Of a DNA stretch of 64,000 bases, positions 36,323 through 47,567 are shown piece by piece. The translations under genes were made by a program, and so were the position numbers. A model generated the notes under the pieces. It was not told where the DNA came from and ran no database searches. It saw only the letters and a program-made list of their open reading frames with translations. How positions within the stretch are numbered: the stretch's first letter is position 1; the number at the start of each line of letters is the position of its first letter. This DNA comes from Escherichia coli. GTDB taxonomy: Bacteria > Pseudomonadota > Gammaproteobacteria > Enterobacterales > Enterobacteriaceae. The stretch lies in the NCBI RefSeq assembly GCF_044324785.1, contig NZ_CP172127.1; one strand, written 5' to 3'.

Positions 36323-38020
36323 TCAAAGCAATAACGTAGCCTGTGAGGCGACTGGGGTGCGTTGGTTAGGAATGTAAAACGCAATTTCCGTTCCTGGTTC
36401 CAGGCGGCGGATATGCAGCCCCTCGCCATACAATAACTTCACGCGATGATGGACATTCAGCAGGCCAATTTTATTGCCCGGCATTTCGTTCGCTTCGACC
36501 CGCTCAATGACTTTTGGATCGATGCCGTGCCCGGTATCTCGCACCGCAATGCGTACCCGATTACCGCACTCTGCAACGCTGATGGTGACAACGCCTTTAC
36601 CTTTGCAAGGCTGAATACCGTGGACAATGGCATTCTCCACCAACGGCTGGATCAGCAGGCTGGGAATGCAGCAATTCACCTCTTCATCAATATCATAGAT
36701 AACCGTCAGCTTGTCGCCAAAGCGGGCCTGCTCAATGGCAATATAGTCTTTAATTTGATACAGCTCTTTTTTGATATCGATTTGCTCATCATCTTTTAAT
36801 TCAATGTTATAGCGCAGATAACGCGACAGATTAAAGATCAGCTGGCGAGCGGTATCTGGATTCAGACGGATTGACGATGAAATAGCGTTCAGAGCGTTAA
36901 ACAGAAAATGGGGATTAATTTTGCTTTGCAGAGCGCGAAGCTCTGCCTTATTTGCCATTTCACGTAACTGCTCGGCACGCGAAACCTCCAGTTGCGTGGA
37001 GATGATTTGCGACAGACCGACCGCCATTTCCTGTAATGACGAGGTGATCTGATGCGCGTGGCAGTAGTAAATTTTCAGCGTTCCGGTCACAACGCCTTTC
37101 TCCCACAATGGGATCACCAGCATGGAATGAATCTCTGGTGTGCGGTGGGCTTCATCATTGTTTTTAATGATGATTTTTCCGTAATTCATCGCCTGTCGGG
37201 TAGTCGGACTAATGAAGTCATCGCCATTCTGATAGTTGTGTTCGCCCACGCCGACATAGGCCAGCACATGATCGGTATTAGTAATCGCCACCGCATCGGC
37301 GTGAATATCATCGCGGATAATTTCGCAGACCTTGCGTAATGACTCGCTATTGACATGGCGAAACAGCGGCAGCGTTTTGTTGGCAATATCCAGCGCCAGC
37401 TTGGCCTGCCGCGCGGCGCTGGCCTCTTTTTCGCCCTCAACGCTTTGCACCAGCAGCACAATAAAGCCGATACAGACGCTACCGAGGATCATTGGAATCC
37501 CGATTTTAGAGACGATATCGATCCCCAACGCGGTAGTTGGTGCCCAGACAATCACCAGAATCATGGTCAACGTTTCACACAACATGCCGCCGAGAATACC
37601 GACGCGCCAGCGCTGTGCTTTAGGGATTTTCAGGTTGATCCAGCCCGATATACAACCCGCCAGAATGCTGGTGATAAAGCAGGGGATCGCCGTCACGCCG
37701 CCGATATCAATTAAATAACGGTGAATACCTGCGATCACGCCGGTAATAATGCCTACCCACGGGCCAAACAGTATCCCGCCTGACATCACCGCGATAATAC
37801 GTACGTTCACCAGCGAGCCTTCTACGGGAACGCCGGACCAGGTGCTGAACAGGGCGAACAGCGAGAAAATGGCGGTAACGGCGAGCAGCTCTTTCGGTGA
37901 GTGTGCCGACTTGTGCAACAGTTCGCGAAACAGGCGGATACGGATGAGAAAGAACAGGCAGATAAGCATTAACGCTGCCCGATCGAAGACCGCCAGCAGC
38001 ATGTTGAATATTTCGTGCAC
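36323..38020 (-). CDS. ypdA: LytS/5TM-Lyt-type sensor histidine kinase
   Basis: 565 aa; N-terminal multi-TM sensor, GAF-like region, His-kinase core. Confidence 0.9.
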
Positions 38021-38396
38021 GGGTGACTCTGAATAAGGATTAAACCTCTATGATAGGTAACCTGAAGGCTGATGACCAGCAGGCCGTTTTTGAGGAAAAA
38101 CCACAATTTTAAAAGGGGATTGAAAGATAAATGGTGTATTAGCAATGCATCTCTTGATAATGCATATCTGGTTAGTAAATTTATTGAATTTATAATGTTA
38201 ATAAATTGAGTGGTAATTTTCTTGTTCGCGTAGATAAATTTCCTGTTTTTAAAGTGGAGTTCCTCATTTAAAGCCATTGATAAAAATGTTCTAAAACGCT
38301 GGACAGACAGAAATTAATCAGGCTATTTTCAAAACAGCCACCATCGTGGCAGCGTCGCTCGGACGGTCCGGGCGCTAACGTTAATCTGAGGAAATT

Positions 38397-39635
38397 ATGG
38401 CTGACACTCGCCCTGAACGTCGCTTTACGCGCATTGATCGTCTCCCGCCCTACGTTTTTAATATTACCGCTGAACTGAAAATGGCTGCGCGTCGGCGCGG
38501 CGAAGATATTATCGATTTCAGTATGGGTAACCCGGACGGTGCGACTCCGCCGCACATCGTCGAAAAATTATGTACGGTGGCCCAGCGCCCGGACACGCAT
38601 GGTTACTCTACTTCACGCGGCATTCCGCGGTTACGTCGCGCCATTTCCCGCTGGTATCAGGATCGCTACGACGTTGAAATCGACCCGGAATCAGAAGCCA
38701 TCGTCACCATTGGTTCGAAAGAGGGCCTGGCGCATCTGATGCTGGCGACGCTGGATCATGGCGACACCGTACTGGTGCCTAATCCAAGCTACCCGATTCA
38801 TATTTACGGCGCGGTGATTGCCGGGGCGCAGGTACGCTCAGTGCCGCTGGTGGAAGGTGTCGATTTCTTCAACGAACTGGAACGCGCCATTCGTGAAAGT
38901 TATCCGAAACCGAAGATGATGATCCTCGGCTTCCCGTCGAATCCAACCGCGCAATGCGTGGAACTGGAATTCTTTGAGAAGGTTGTGGCGCTGGCGAAAC
39001 GCTACGATGTGCTGGTGGTCCATGACCTGGCCTATGCCGATATCGTCTACGATGGCTGGAAAGCGCCGTCAATCATGCAGGTGCCGGGTGCACGCGATGT
39101 GGCGGTCGAGTTCTTTACGCTGTCGAAAAGCTACAACATGGCGGGCTGGCGTATCGGCTTTATGGTTGGCAACAAAACGCTGGTTAGTGCGCTGGCACGT
39201 ATTAAAAGCTATCACGATTACGGCACCTTTACGCCGTTGCAGGTGGCGGCGATTGCGGCACTGGAGGGCGATCAACAGTGCGTGCGCGACATTGCCGAAC
39301 AGTACAAACGCCGCCGCGATGTGCTGGTGAAAGGGCTGCATGAAGCGGGCTGGATGGTCGAAATGCCGAAGGCTTCGATGTATGTCTGGGCGAAAATCCC
39401 GGAACCGTATGCTGCCATGGGCTCGCTGGAATTTGCCAAGAAGCTGCTGAACGAAGCGAAGGTCTGTGTCTCTCCGGGGATTGGCTTTGGCGACTACGGC
39501 GACACGCATGTTCGCTTTGCACTGATTGAAAACCGCGACCGTATTCGTCAGGCGATTCGTGGGATTAAAGCGATGTTCCGTGCCGATGGTTTACTACCCG
39601 CCAGCAGCAAACATATTCACGAAAATGCGGAATAA
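38397..39635 (+). CDS. alaC: glutamate-pyruvate aminotransferase (class I aminotransferase)
   Basis: 412 aa PLP aminotransferase ([12 protein letters not shown] lysine motif); synonym yfdZ. Confidence 0.92.
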   Translation: MADTRPERRFTRIDRLPPYVFNITAELKMAARRRGEDIIDFSMGNPDGATPPHIVEKLCTVAQRPDTHGYSTSRGIPRLRRAISRWYQDRYDVEIDPESEAIVTIGSKEGLAHLMLATLDHGDTVLVPNPSYPIHIYGAVIAGAQVRSVPLVEGVDFFNELERAIRESYPKPKMMILGFPSNPTAQCVELEFFEKVVALAKRYDVLVVHDLAYADIVYDGWKAPSIMQVPGARDVAVEFFTLSKSYNMAGWRIGFMVGNKTLVSALARIKSYHDYGTFTPLQVAAIAALEGDQQCVRDIAEQYKRRRDVLVKGLHEAGWMVEMPKASMYVWAKIPEPYAAMGSLEFAKKLLNEAKVCVSPGIGFGDYGDTHVRFALIENRDRIRQAIRGIKAMFRADGLLPASSKHIHENAE

Positions 39636-39649
39636 ACACCGACCTCAAA

Positions 39650-39683
39650 AATGCAAACAGGAGCCTGATGGCTCCTGTTTTTC
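39650..39683. terminator. bidirectional rho-independent terminator after alaC
   Basis: aacaggagcc-tgat-ggctcctgtttttc. Confidence 0.8.
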
Positions 39684-39699
39684 ATTGCACAGTTTGCTT

Positions 39700-39771
39700 T
39701 TAGATCATCAGGGCAAAAGTACCGGCCCAAACGATGACCATAAAAGAAATGCCCATAAAGAAATATTTCAC
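39700..39771 (-). CDS. ypdK: very small hydrophobic protein (23 aa)
   Basis: Minus-strand GTG-initiated frame giving MKYFFMGISFMVIVWAGTFALMI (GTG read as initiator Met), preceded by ggagag SD; recognised from memory as YpdK; too short for the ORF track. Confidence 0.45.
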   Translation of the reverse strand: MKYFFMGISFMVIVWAGTFALMI

Positions 39772-40126
39772 TTTACATCTCTCCGCGTAATTACTGTTAC
39801 GCCTGAATGACTTCATTACACCTGATACAGTGAGTTGACACCGGGCAAAACGACCTTAAAAGTCCTGTATTTTACCGTGGGCATCACCCCAGAATTCTGA
39901 GCTAAACTGCTCCAGACGGCGCTAATGTACGCCTAAAACTGAAACGAGACAAGAGGCATTTTCTTATTTACTTTTAGTAACTTACAGGTGTCTCATATCG
40001 GCGACAGTTTAATTTCTGGCGGTAATAATTAGAGATTCAGCGAAGGAAAAAACCTTAAGAAAAAAGCCATAAAAACCATGAGGTTATTATGGCTGATTTG
40101 AGGAGGGAAAGAGTAAGAGCAGTTTG

Positions 40127-41047
40127 TTAAATGTATAACGACGATTCACCCACCGGGCGCGTTTTAAAGCGACGGTGGATCCAGAGGTACTGCTCCGGCG
40201 CGCGCATGATCTCTTTCTCGATAATCTTGTTCATATAGGCAGCGGCTTGATTTTCATCTGCCGGGTAGCCTTCCATCTCTGGGGTGATGTACAAACGATA
40301 TCCGCTGTAATCCGCTTTTCTTACCATCGTTACGGTTAACATGGCTGCGCCAGAGAGACGTGAAAGGACATACGTACCATTGGTTGTGGCGACATTTTCC
40401 ACCGCAAAGAACGGCGCGAAGGAGCTGCCTTTACGACCATAATCCTGATCGGGAGCAAACCATACCGCTTCACCTTTCTTCAGTGCACCGACAATGCCGC
40501 GTAGATTATTTCTGCCGATCATCGCTTTGTTAGAGCGCATGCGCCCACGGGTCTGCACCCATTCCATCAGCTGATTATTATGTGGACGATAGGTAGCCAT
40601 CATTGGTTGACAAAGTCCCATCACGCGGCCGCCCAGTTCCAGCGACATAAAATGGACGCCGACAACCATTACGCCGCGATTTTGCATTTGTGCGCGTTTA
40701 AGGTTATCCAGTCCTTCAACATCAAACCATTTGCGTACGCGACTGTCGGGCCAGAACCACGCCATGCCGGTTTCTACCAGCGCCATGCCGAGTGAACGAA
40801 AGTTTTCGGCAATCATCTTCTCGCGTTCTTCCGCAGAATGCTGCGGGAAGCAAAGTTCCAGGTTTTTACGGGCGATAGATTCACGCCGTTTCAGGAATGG
40901 TCGCGCCATTGCGCCAATACGCGTGCCGAGAAAGCAGAGAACAGGATAAGGAAGCTGTACCCAAAGCCAGAGTACACCAAGCCCAAACCATGTGAGCCAG
41001 TAGCGAGGATGTAGAAACTCGCGGGAAAATTTGCATTGTGGAAACAT
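40127..41047 (-). CDS. lpxP: lipid A palmitoleoyltransferase (cold-induced late acyltransferase)
   Basis: 306 aa from internal ATG (MFPQCKFSREFLHPRYW...); HtrB/MsbB acyltransferase family. Confidence 0.88.
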   Translation of the reverse strand: MFPQCKFSREFLHPRYWLTWFGLGVLWLWVQLPYPVLCFLGTRIGAMARPFLKRRESIARKNLELCFPQHSAEEREKMIAENFRSLGMALVETGMAWFWPDSRVRKWFDVEGLDNLKRAQMQNRGVMVVGVHFMSLELGGRVMGLCQPMMATYRPHNNQLMEWVQTRGRMRSNKAMIGRNNLRGIVGALKKGEAVWFAPDQDYGRKGSSFAPFFAVENVATTNGTYVLSRLSGAAMLTVTMVRKADYSGYRLYITPEMEGYPADENQAAAYMNKIIEKEIMRAPEQYLWIHRRFKTRPVGESSLYI

Positions 41048-41399
41048 AGTTACCTTCTGTAGATACGAATTGTTGTATCGCAGAAGATTCCATGTCGACA
41101 GCGGTACACTCAATTGGTTGGGCCATCATGTACGACAATGGTTCCTGTAAAGAGTGTAAAGACTAGTCAGGACATAACCACGAGGAGCATGAATGCGGTG
41201 GCTCTACTTTATCACTGGCTGACTGCTTTCAGCTACTGATTATTAATCGTGCAAAGTAAATATTTTTCCGCACGCAATAGCGTTGCATTTAACGTGCTGT
41301 TTTCATTGATGCTTAGCAAAAATTGCCAGAGGTTAAGGATTGTCTTACTATTAAAGTGACTGAAGTTACAGGTTTTTTAGCGCGGCAGGAGGTTGAGCT

Positions 41400-41642
41400 A
41401 TGATTTATTTATGGATGTTTCTCGCCCTGTGTATTGTCTGCGTAAGCGGCTACATTGGTCAGGTCCTGAACGTGGTATCGGCGGTCTCTTCTTTCTTCGG
41501 CATGGTGATCCTCGCTGCACTCATTTATTACTTCACCATGTGGTTAACTGGCGGTAATGAACTGGTGACGGGGATATTTATGTTTCTTGCCCCGGCTTGT
41601 GGCTTGATGATTCGCTTTATGGTGGGGTATGGCAGGCGCTAG
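41400..41642 (+). CDS. yfdY: small inner-membrane protein (DUF2545 type)
   Basis: 80 aa, two predicted TM helices. Confidence 0.75.
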   Translation: MIYLWMFLALCIVCVSGYIGQVLNVVSAVSSFFGMVILAALIYYFTMWLTGGNELVTGIFMFLAPACGLMIRFMVGYGRR

Positions 41643-41718
41643 TGGGTCAGGATGGTTCATTTGGGCAGGTGTTCACATCAGCATCAGGCATGATTGTTCA
41701 CCTGCCATGTGACAGACG

Positions 41719-41994
41719 CTATCGCACAGGATGGATAAGATAATTCGCCTTTGTCGGAAAAGGGGGCGGAATTTCTTCTGTGAGGTTTAATGGTGGCGCA
41801 TCTTCTCTCAACTTAAACAAAATCGCCTGTGATGGCTGAAGTTTTGTAGAATGAGTTGTCGTCATCACTGACGTTTTTTCTGTCTCTTTATAGCTCGTCT
41901 CACTTCCACCACCAGAAATAGAAAATGCAAAAACATTGCATGCCATAATAGAGACCAATAAAAATAAGCTAAAAAGCATTAAGTTTACTTTCAT
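41719..41994 (-). CDS. ypdI: small lipoprotein
   Basis: 91 aa; signal peptide with lipobox (SIMAC). Confidence 0.75.
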   Translation of the reverse strand: MKVNLMLFSLFLLVSIMACNVFAFSISGGGSETSYKETEKTSVMTTTHSTKLQPSQAILFKLREDAPPLNLTEEIPPPFPTKANYLIHPVR

Positions 41995-42289
41995 AGAAAG
42001 TTATCCTGAAAATGGTTCACTGAAAACCTACGACGTTATGGCTGTATTTACATATAATTAATCAGTATTTACATCGATATAATAAATGACATCTCTTTTT
42101 GGTATATAAGAATAGTTCTCTGTGACAGGAAGCATATTCCTACAATTGTAAGACTAAAATACTTCTTGCGATAATAACTACAGCTGTAAGATAACCCTTT
42201 CAAAATGACCGTTGCTCTCTGATTTCTCATTTCATGCTCACCCAATATGATGGCGGCGTTTTCTAAAACTGTTAAAGAATGAGGTAAGT

Positions 42290-42922
42290 ATGAAACGTTT
42301 AATTATGGCTACGATGGTCACAGCAATTCTGGCATCTTCAACTGTATGGGCGGCTGATAATGCACCGGTAGCGGCACAACAGCAAACTCAGCAAGTTCAG
42401 CAAACCCAGAAAACGGCAGCAGCAGAGCGTATCTCTGAACAAGGTTTATATGCGATGCGTGACGTGCAGGTAGCGCGCCTGGCTCTGTTTCATGGCGATC
42501 CGGAAAAGGCAAAAGAACTGACCAATGAAGCTTCAGCTTTGTTGTCAGATGACAGTACCGAATGGGCAAAGTTCGCTAAGCCAGGTAAAAAGACCAATCT
42601 CAATGATGACCAATATATTGTCATTAATGCATCTGTCGGAATTTCTGAGAGTTATGTAGCGACACCCGAAAAAGAAGCCGCGATAAAAATTGCCAACGAA
42701 AAAATGGCGAAAGGGGATAAAAAGGGCGCAATGGAAGAGCTTCGCCTGGCCGGTGTTGGCGTAATGGAAAACCAATATCTGATGCCGCTTAAACAGACTC
42801 GTAATGCACTTGCTGATGCGCAGAAACTGCTTGATAAAAAGCAATACTACGAGGCAAACCTGGCGCTTAAAGGTGCTGAAGATGGAATCATCGTCGATAG
42901 CGAAGCACTGTTTGTGAACTAA
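42290..42922 (+). CDS. yfdX: periplasmic YfdX-family protein
   Basis: 210 aa, signal peptide [21 protein letters not shown]. Confidence 0.88.
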   Translation: MKRLIMATMVTAILASSTVWAADNAPVAAQQQTQQVQQTQKTAAAERISEQGLYAMRDVQVARLALFHGDPEKAKELTNEASALLSDDSTEWAKFAKPGKKTNLNDDQYIVINASVGISESYVATPEKEAAIKIANEKMAKGDKKGAMEELRLAGVGVMENQYLMPLKQTRNALADAQKLLDKKQYYEANLALKGAEDGIIVDSEALFVN

Positions 42923-43446
42923 AGCTGACAGGCAATATATTGAGGTAAAGGATTTAACTCCCTCCAGCCGACAATTTTTTATGACCACAATACGACAGGT
43001 TGTGGTCATAAAATTATTTGGCGCTCGCGGTTCTATAAACTCGCATTTTATCTTCCTCAAAGTAACCCGCAATAATTCCGTGTCATCACAAATCATTTAT
43101 TATGTTATGCTTTATGGTACGCTTTAAAAAGCGTAATCATACCCTTACTTGTAAATCACCGGCGCTTCTTACAGTTGTAAGAATAACATCACAAATGTCG
43201 CGGCTCTCTCTGATTACCGCGAACCAATATTTATCATATTCTTCTTTTCGTCCTCACTACTTACCATGCAGAAAGGAATTGGAAGTGGCGATGAAATGAT
43301 TATCAGCACTTGATACAGGAATTTAAAAATATCGAGTGCAGCTACGACGATATTTTGCGGATTATTTATAGAGAGCGTTATGCCTTAAATAAACGCTAAA
43401 TTAACATATATTTAATTAACTAATAGGTATTGCTATGTCAACTCCA

Positions 43447-43455
43447 CTTCAAGGA
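43447..43455. repeat. target-site duplication, left copy (cttcaagga)
   Basis: 9-bp direct repeat flanking the IS; identical copy at 44513-44521. Confidence 0.9.
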
Positions 43456-43473
43456 GGCTTTGTTGAATAAATC
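43456..43473. repeat. IS903 left terminal inverted repeat
   Basis: ggctttgttgaataaatc. Confidence 0.9.
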
Positions 43474-43511
43474 AGATTTCGGGTAAGTCTCCCCCGTAGC
43501 GGGTTGTGTTT

Positions 43512-44480
43512 TCAGGCAATACGCACGCTTTCAGGCATACCTGCTTTCGTCATTTTGTTCAGCGCTCGTACCAGGGCCATAGCCTCCGCAACCTGACCAT
43601 CGTAGTCACGCAGCGTCAGTGAACCCCCGAACAGCTGTTTTACCCGGTACATCGCCGTTTCCGCTATCGAGCGACGGTTGTAATCTGTTGTCCATTTCCA
43701 CCGCGCATTACTCCCGGTCATTCGCTGATTAGCCACTGCACGGTTACGGTCTGCATATTCACCGGGCCAGTAACCCGCACCTTTTCGGGGAGGGATAAGC
43801 GCGCTGATTTTCTTACGCCGCAGTTCATCGTGACATAGCCGGGTATCGTAAGCGCCATCGGCGGCGGCTGACCTGATTTTCCGGTGGGTTTGCCGGATTA
43901 ACCCGGGGAAGGCCTCTGAGTCCGTAACGTTGTTCAGCGACAGGTCAGCGCAGATGATTTCATGTGTTTTACTGTCAACGGCGAGATGCAGCTTACGCCA
44001 GATACGGCGGCGTTCCTGGCCATGCTTTTTGACTTTCCACTCGCCTTCACCGAAGACCTTCAGCCCGGTGGAATCAATTACCAGGTGTGCGATTTCACCC
44101 CGGGTGGGCGTTTTGAAACTGACATTAACCGACTTTGCCCGCCTGCTGACACAGCTGTAATCCGGGCAGCGTAGCGGAACGTTCATCAGAGAAAAAATGG
44201 AATCAATAAAGCCCTGCGCAGCCCGCAGGGTCAGCCTGAATACGCGTTTAATGACCAGCACAGTAGTGATGGCAAGGTCAGAATAGCGCTGAGGTCTGCC
44301 TCGTGAAGAAGGTGTTGCTGACTCATACCAGGCCTGAATAGCTTCATCATCCAGCCAGAAAGTTATGGAGCCACGGTTGATGAGGGCTTTATTGTAGGTG
44401 GGCCAGTTGGTGATTTTGAACTTTTGCTTTGCCACGGAACGGTCTGCGTTGTCGGGAAGATACGTGATCTGATCCTTCAA
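43512..44480 (-). CDS. IS903-group transposase (DDE)
   Basis: 322-aa ORF filling the IS; IS5/IS903-type transposase sequence. Confidence 0.9.
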
Positions 44481-44494
44481 CTCAGCAAAAGTTC

Positions 44495-44512
44495 GATTTA
44501 TTCAACAAAGCC
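44495..44512. repeat. IS903 right terminal inverted repeat
   Basis: gatttattcaacaaagcc, reverse complement of the left IR. Confidence 0.9.
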
Positions 44513-44521
44513 CTTCAAGGA
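44513..44521. repeat. target-site duplication, right copy (cttcaagga)
   Basis: Identical to 43447-43455. Confidence 0.9.
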
Positions 44522-45804
44522 ATTAAAGTTCTCGATTTCACCGGTGTGCAATCTGGCCCATCTTGTACTCAGATGCTGGCCTGGTTTGGCGCTGACGTCA
44601 TTAAAATTGAACGTCCCGGCGTTGGTGACGTAACGCGTCACCAGCTGCGAGATATTCCTGATATCGATGCGCTTTACTTCACCATGCTTAACAGTAACAA
44701 ACGTTCTATTGAATTAAATACCAAAACAGCGGAAGGCAAAGAGGTAATGGAAAAGCTGATCCGCGAAGCTGATATCTTAGTCGAGAACTTTCATCCAGGG
44801 GCCATTGATCACATGGGCTTCACCTGGGAGCATATTCAAGAAATCAATCCACGTCTGATTTTTGGTTCGATCAAAGGGTTTGATGAGTGTTCGCCTTATG
44901 TGAATGTAAAAGCCTATGAAAACGTTGCTCAGGCAGCGGGTGGTGCGGCATCCACTACAGGTTTTTGGGACGGCCCGCCGCTGGTAAGCGCTGCAGCGTT
45001 GGGTGACAGCAACACCGGAATGCATTTGCTGATCGGTTTACTTGCTGCTTTGCTGCATCGCGAAAAAACGGGGCGTGGGCAACGAGTTACCATGTCAATG
45101 CAGGATGCCGTGTTGAACCTTTGCCGCGTGAAATTACGCGACCAGCAGCGTCTCGATAAGTTGGGGTATCTGGAAGAATACCCGCAGTATCCGAATGGCA
45201 CATTTGGTGATGCAGTTCCCCGCGGTGGTAATGCGGGTGGTGGCGGTCAGCCTGGCTGGATCCTGAAATGTAAAGGCTGGGAAACCGATCCTAATGCCTA
45301 TATTTATTTCACTATTCAGGAGCAAAACTGGGAAAACACCTGTAAAGCTATCGGCAAACCAGAATGGATTACCGATCCGGCATATAGTACAGCTCATGCC
45401 CGACAGCCACATATTTTCGATATTTTTGCTGAAATCGAAAAATACACTGTCACTATTGATAAACATGAAGCGGTGGCCTATTTGACTCAGTTTGATATTC
45501 CTTGTGCACCGGTTTTAAGTATGAAAGAAATTTCACTTGATCCCTCTTTGCGCCAAAGTGGCAGTGTTGTCGAAGTGGAACAACCGTTGCGTGGAAAATA
45601 TCTGACAGTTGGTTGTCCAATGAAATTCTCTGCCTTTACGCCGGATATTAAAGCTGCGCCGCTATTAGGTGAACATACCGCTGCTGTATTGCAGGAGTTG
45701 GGTTATAGCGACGATGAAATTGCTGCAATGAAGCAAAACCACGCCATCTGATATTAACGGGGGCTTCTGGCTCCCAATTTATAAAAATTTCGAGGTTATT
45801 AATC

Positions 45805-47499
45805 ATGTCAGATCAACTTCAAATGACAGATGGTATGCATATCATCGTTGAAGCATTAAAACAGAATAATATTGACACTATTTATGGTGTTGTAGGTATT
45901 CCTGTGACGGATATGGCACGCCATGCCCAGGCGGAAGGCATTCGTTATATTGGTTTTCGTCATGAGCAGTCGGCAGGCTATGCCGCTGCGGCAAGCGGTT
46001 TTCTTACCCAAAAACCAGGGATCTGCCTGACAGTGTCTGCGCCAGGATTCCTCAATGGTTTGACCGCATTGGCCAACGCAACGGTAAATGGTTTTCCGAT
46101 GATCATGATTAGCGGCTCCAGCGACCGCGCGATCGTCGACCTACAGCAAGGTGATTATGAAGAGCTGGACCAAATGAATGCGGCAAAACCGTATGCCAAA
46201 GCAGCATTCCGCGTTAATCAGCCGCAGGATCTTGGCATTGCATTGGCACGCGCTATCCGGGTCTCAGTATCGGGTCGCCCTGGCGGAGTTTATCTTGATT
46301 TGCCTGCAAATGTCCTGGCCGCGACGATGGAAAAAGACGAAGCGTTAACCACGATTGTAAAAGTTGAAAATCCGTCGCCAGCATTATTGCCATGCCCGAA
46401 GTCAGTCACTAGCGCAATTTCGCTTTTAGCAAAAGCTGAACGGCCATTAATTATCCTTGGCAAAGGCGCGGCGTATTCACAAGCTGATGAACAGCTTCGT
46501 GAATTTATTGAAAGTGCTCAGATCCCATTCCTGCCAATGTCTATGGCGAAAGGGATCCTCGAAGATACGCATCCACTTTCTGCGGCAGCTGCGCGTTCGT
46601 TTGCCCTGGCAAATGCTGACGTTGTCATGCTTGTTGGTGCACGACTGAATTGGTTACTGGCGCACGGTAAAAAAGGATGGGCGGCAGATACACAGTTTAT
46701 TCAACTGGAAATTGAACCGCAGGAAATTGACAGCAACCGCCCCATTGCTGTGCCAGTCGTTGGTGATATTGCATCCAGTATGCAAGGTATACTGGCAGAA
46801 TTGAAACAAAACACATTTACGACTCCACTGGTATGGCGCGATATTTTAAATATCCACAAGCAGCAAAATGCACAAAAAATGCATGAAAAATTAAGTACAG
46901 ATACTCAACCATTAAATTACTTTAATGCATTAAGTGCTGTGCGCGACGTATTGCGCGAGAACCAGGATATTTATTTAGTTAATGAAGGGGCAAATACCCT
47001 GGATAATGCACGAAATATTATTGATATGTATAAACCACGTCGTCGTCTGGATTGTGGCACCTGGGGTGTCATGGGCATCGGTATGGGCTATGCCATCGGT
47101 GCTAGCGTGACTTCTGGTTCTCCGGTTGTCGCCATTGAAGGTGATAGTGCTTTTGGTTTCAGTGGGATGGAGATTGAAACGATTTGTCGATATAACCTGC
47201 CGGTGACGATCGTTATTTTTAATAATGGCGGCATTTACAGAGGAGACGGTGTTGATCTCAGTGGCGCTGGTGCACCATCACCAACAGATCTATTGCACCA
47301 TGCAAGGTATGACAAATTAATGGATGCGTTTCGTGGCGTTGGCTATAACGTCACTACGACAGATGAACTTCGTCATGCTTTAACCACCGGTATTCAGTCG
47401 CGCAAACCGACCATTATTAATGTGGTCATCGACCCTGCAGCAGGAACTGAAAGTGGCCATATTACCAAACTTAACCCAAAACAAGTCGCTGGTAATTAA
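45805..47499 (+). CDS. oxc: oxalyl-CoA decarboxylase (ThDP-dependent)
   Basis: 564 aa thiamine-diphosphate enzyme family. Confidence 0.93.
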   Translation: MSDQLQMTDGMHIIVEALKQNNIDTIYGVVGIPVTDMARHAQAEGIRYIGFRHEQSAGYAAAASGFLTQKPGICLTVSAPGFLNGLTALANATVNGFPMIMISGSSDRAIVDLQQGDYEELDQMNAAKPYAKAAFRVNQPQDLGIALARAIRVSVSGRPGGVYLDLPANVLAATMEKDEALTTIVKVENPSPALLPCPKSVTSAISLLAKAERPLIILGKGAAYSQADEQLREFIESAQIPFLPMSMAKGILEDTHPLSAAAARSFALANADVVMLVGARLNWLLAHGKKGWAADTQFIQLEIEPQEIDSNRPIAVPVVGDIASSMQGILAELKQNTFTTPLVWRDILNIHKQQNAQKMHEKLSTDTQPLNYFNALSAVRDVLRENQDIYLVNEGANTLDNARNIIDMYKPRRRLDCGTWGVMGIGMGYAIGASVTSGSPVVAIEGDSAFGFSGMEIETICRYNLPVTIVIFNNGGIYRGDGVDLSGAGAPSPTDLLHHARYDKLMDAFRGVGYNVTTTDELRHALTTGIQSRKPTIINVVIDPAAGTESGHITKLNPKQVAGN

Positions 47500-47567
47500 A
47501 TACTGACATCGTCTCCTCTTGCCAACTCATTATCGATGGTGAGGGGACCCTTATCGGAAATACTATT

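Larger units (their letters stand above)
43456..44512 (-). mobile_element. IS903-type insertion sequence (IS5 family, IS903 group), complete, 1057 bp
   Basis: Perfect 18-bp terminal inverted repeats GGCTTTGTTGAATAAATC at both ends, 9-bp flanking direct repeat, single transposase ORF; length and ends match IS903. Confidence 0.92.
43435..45751 (+). pseudogene. frc: formyl-CoA:oxalate CoA-transferase gene interrupted after codon 7 by an IS903-type element
   Basis: ATG at 43435 encodes MSTPLQG, then IS at 43456-44512; reading frame resumes after the duplicated cttcaagga as (LQG)[17 protein letters not shown]... through to 45751; no in-frame ATG upstream of the 3' portion. Confidence 0.85.

Noticed and set aside
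42545-43096. 183-aa minus-strand ORF overlapping yfdX 3' end and downstream AT-rich DNA
   Set aside because: Overlaps the well-supported yfdX gene on the opposite strand; AT-rich low-complexity translation; no RBS
43456-44512. Possibility that the IS is one arm of a composite transposon or part of a larger island
   Set aside because: Only one copy occurs in the window and the flanking sequence is the two halves of frc joined by a simple 9-bp duplication, so it is a simple insertion
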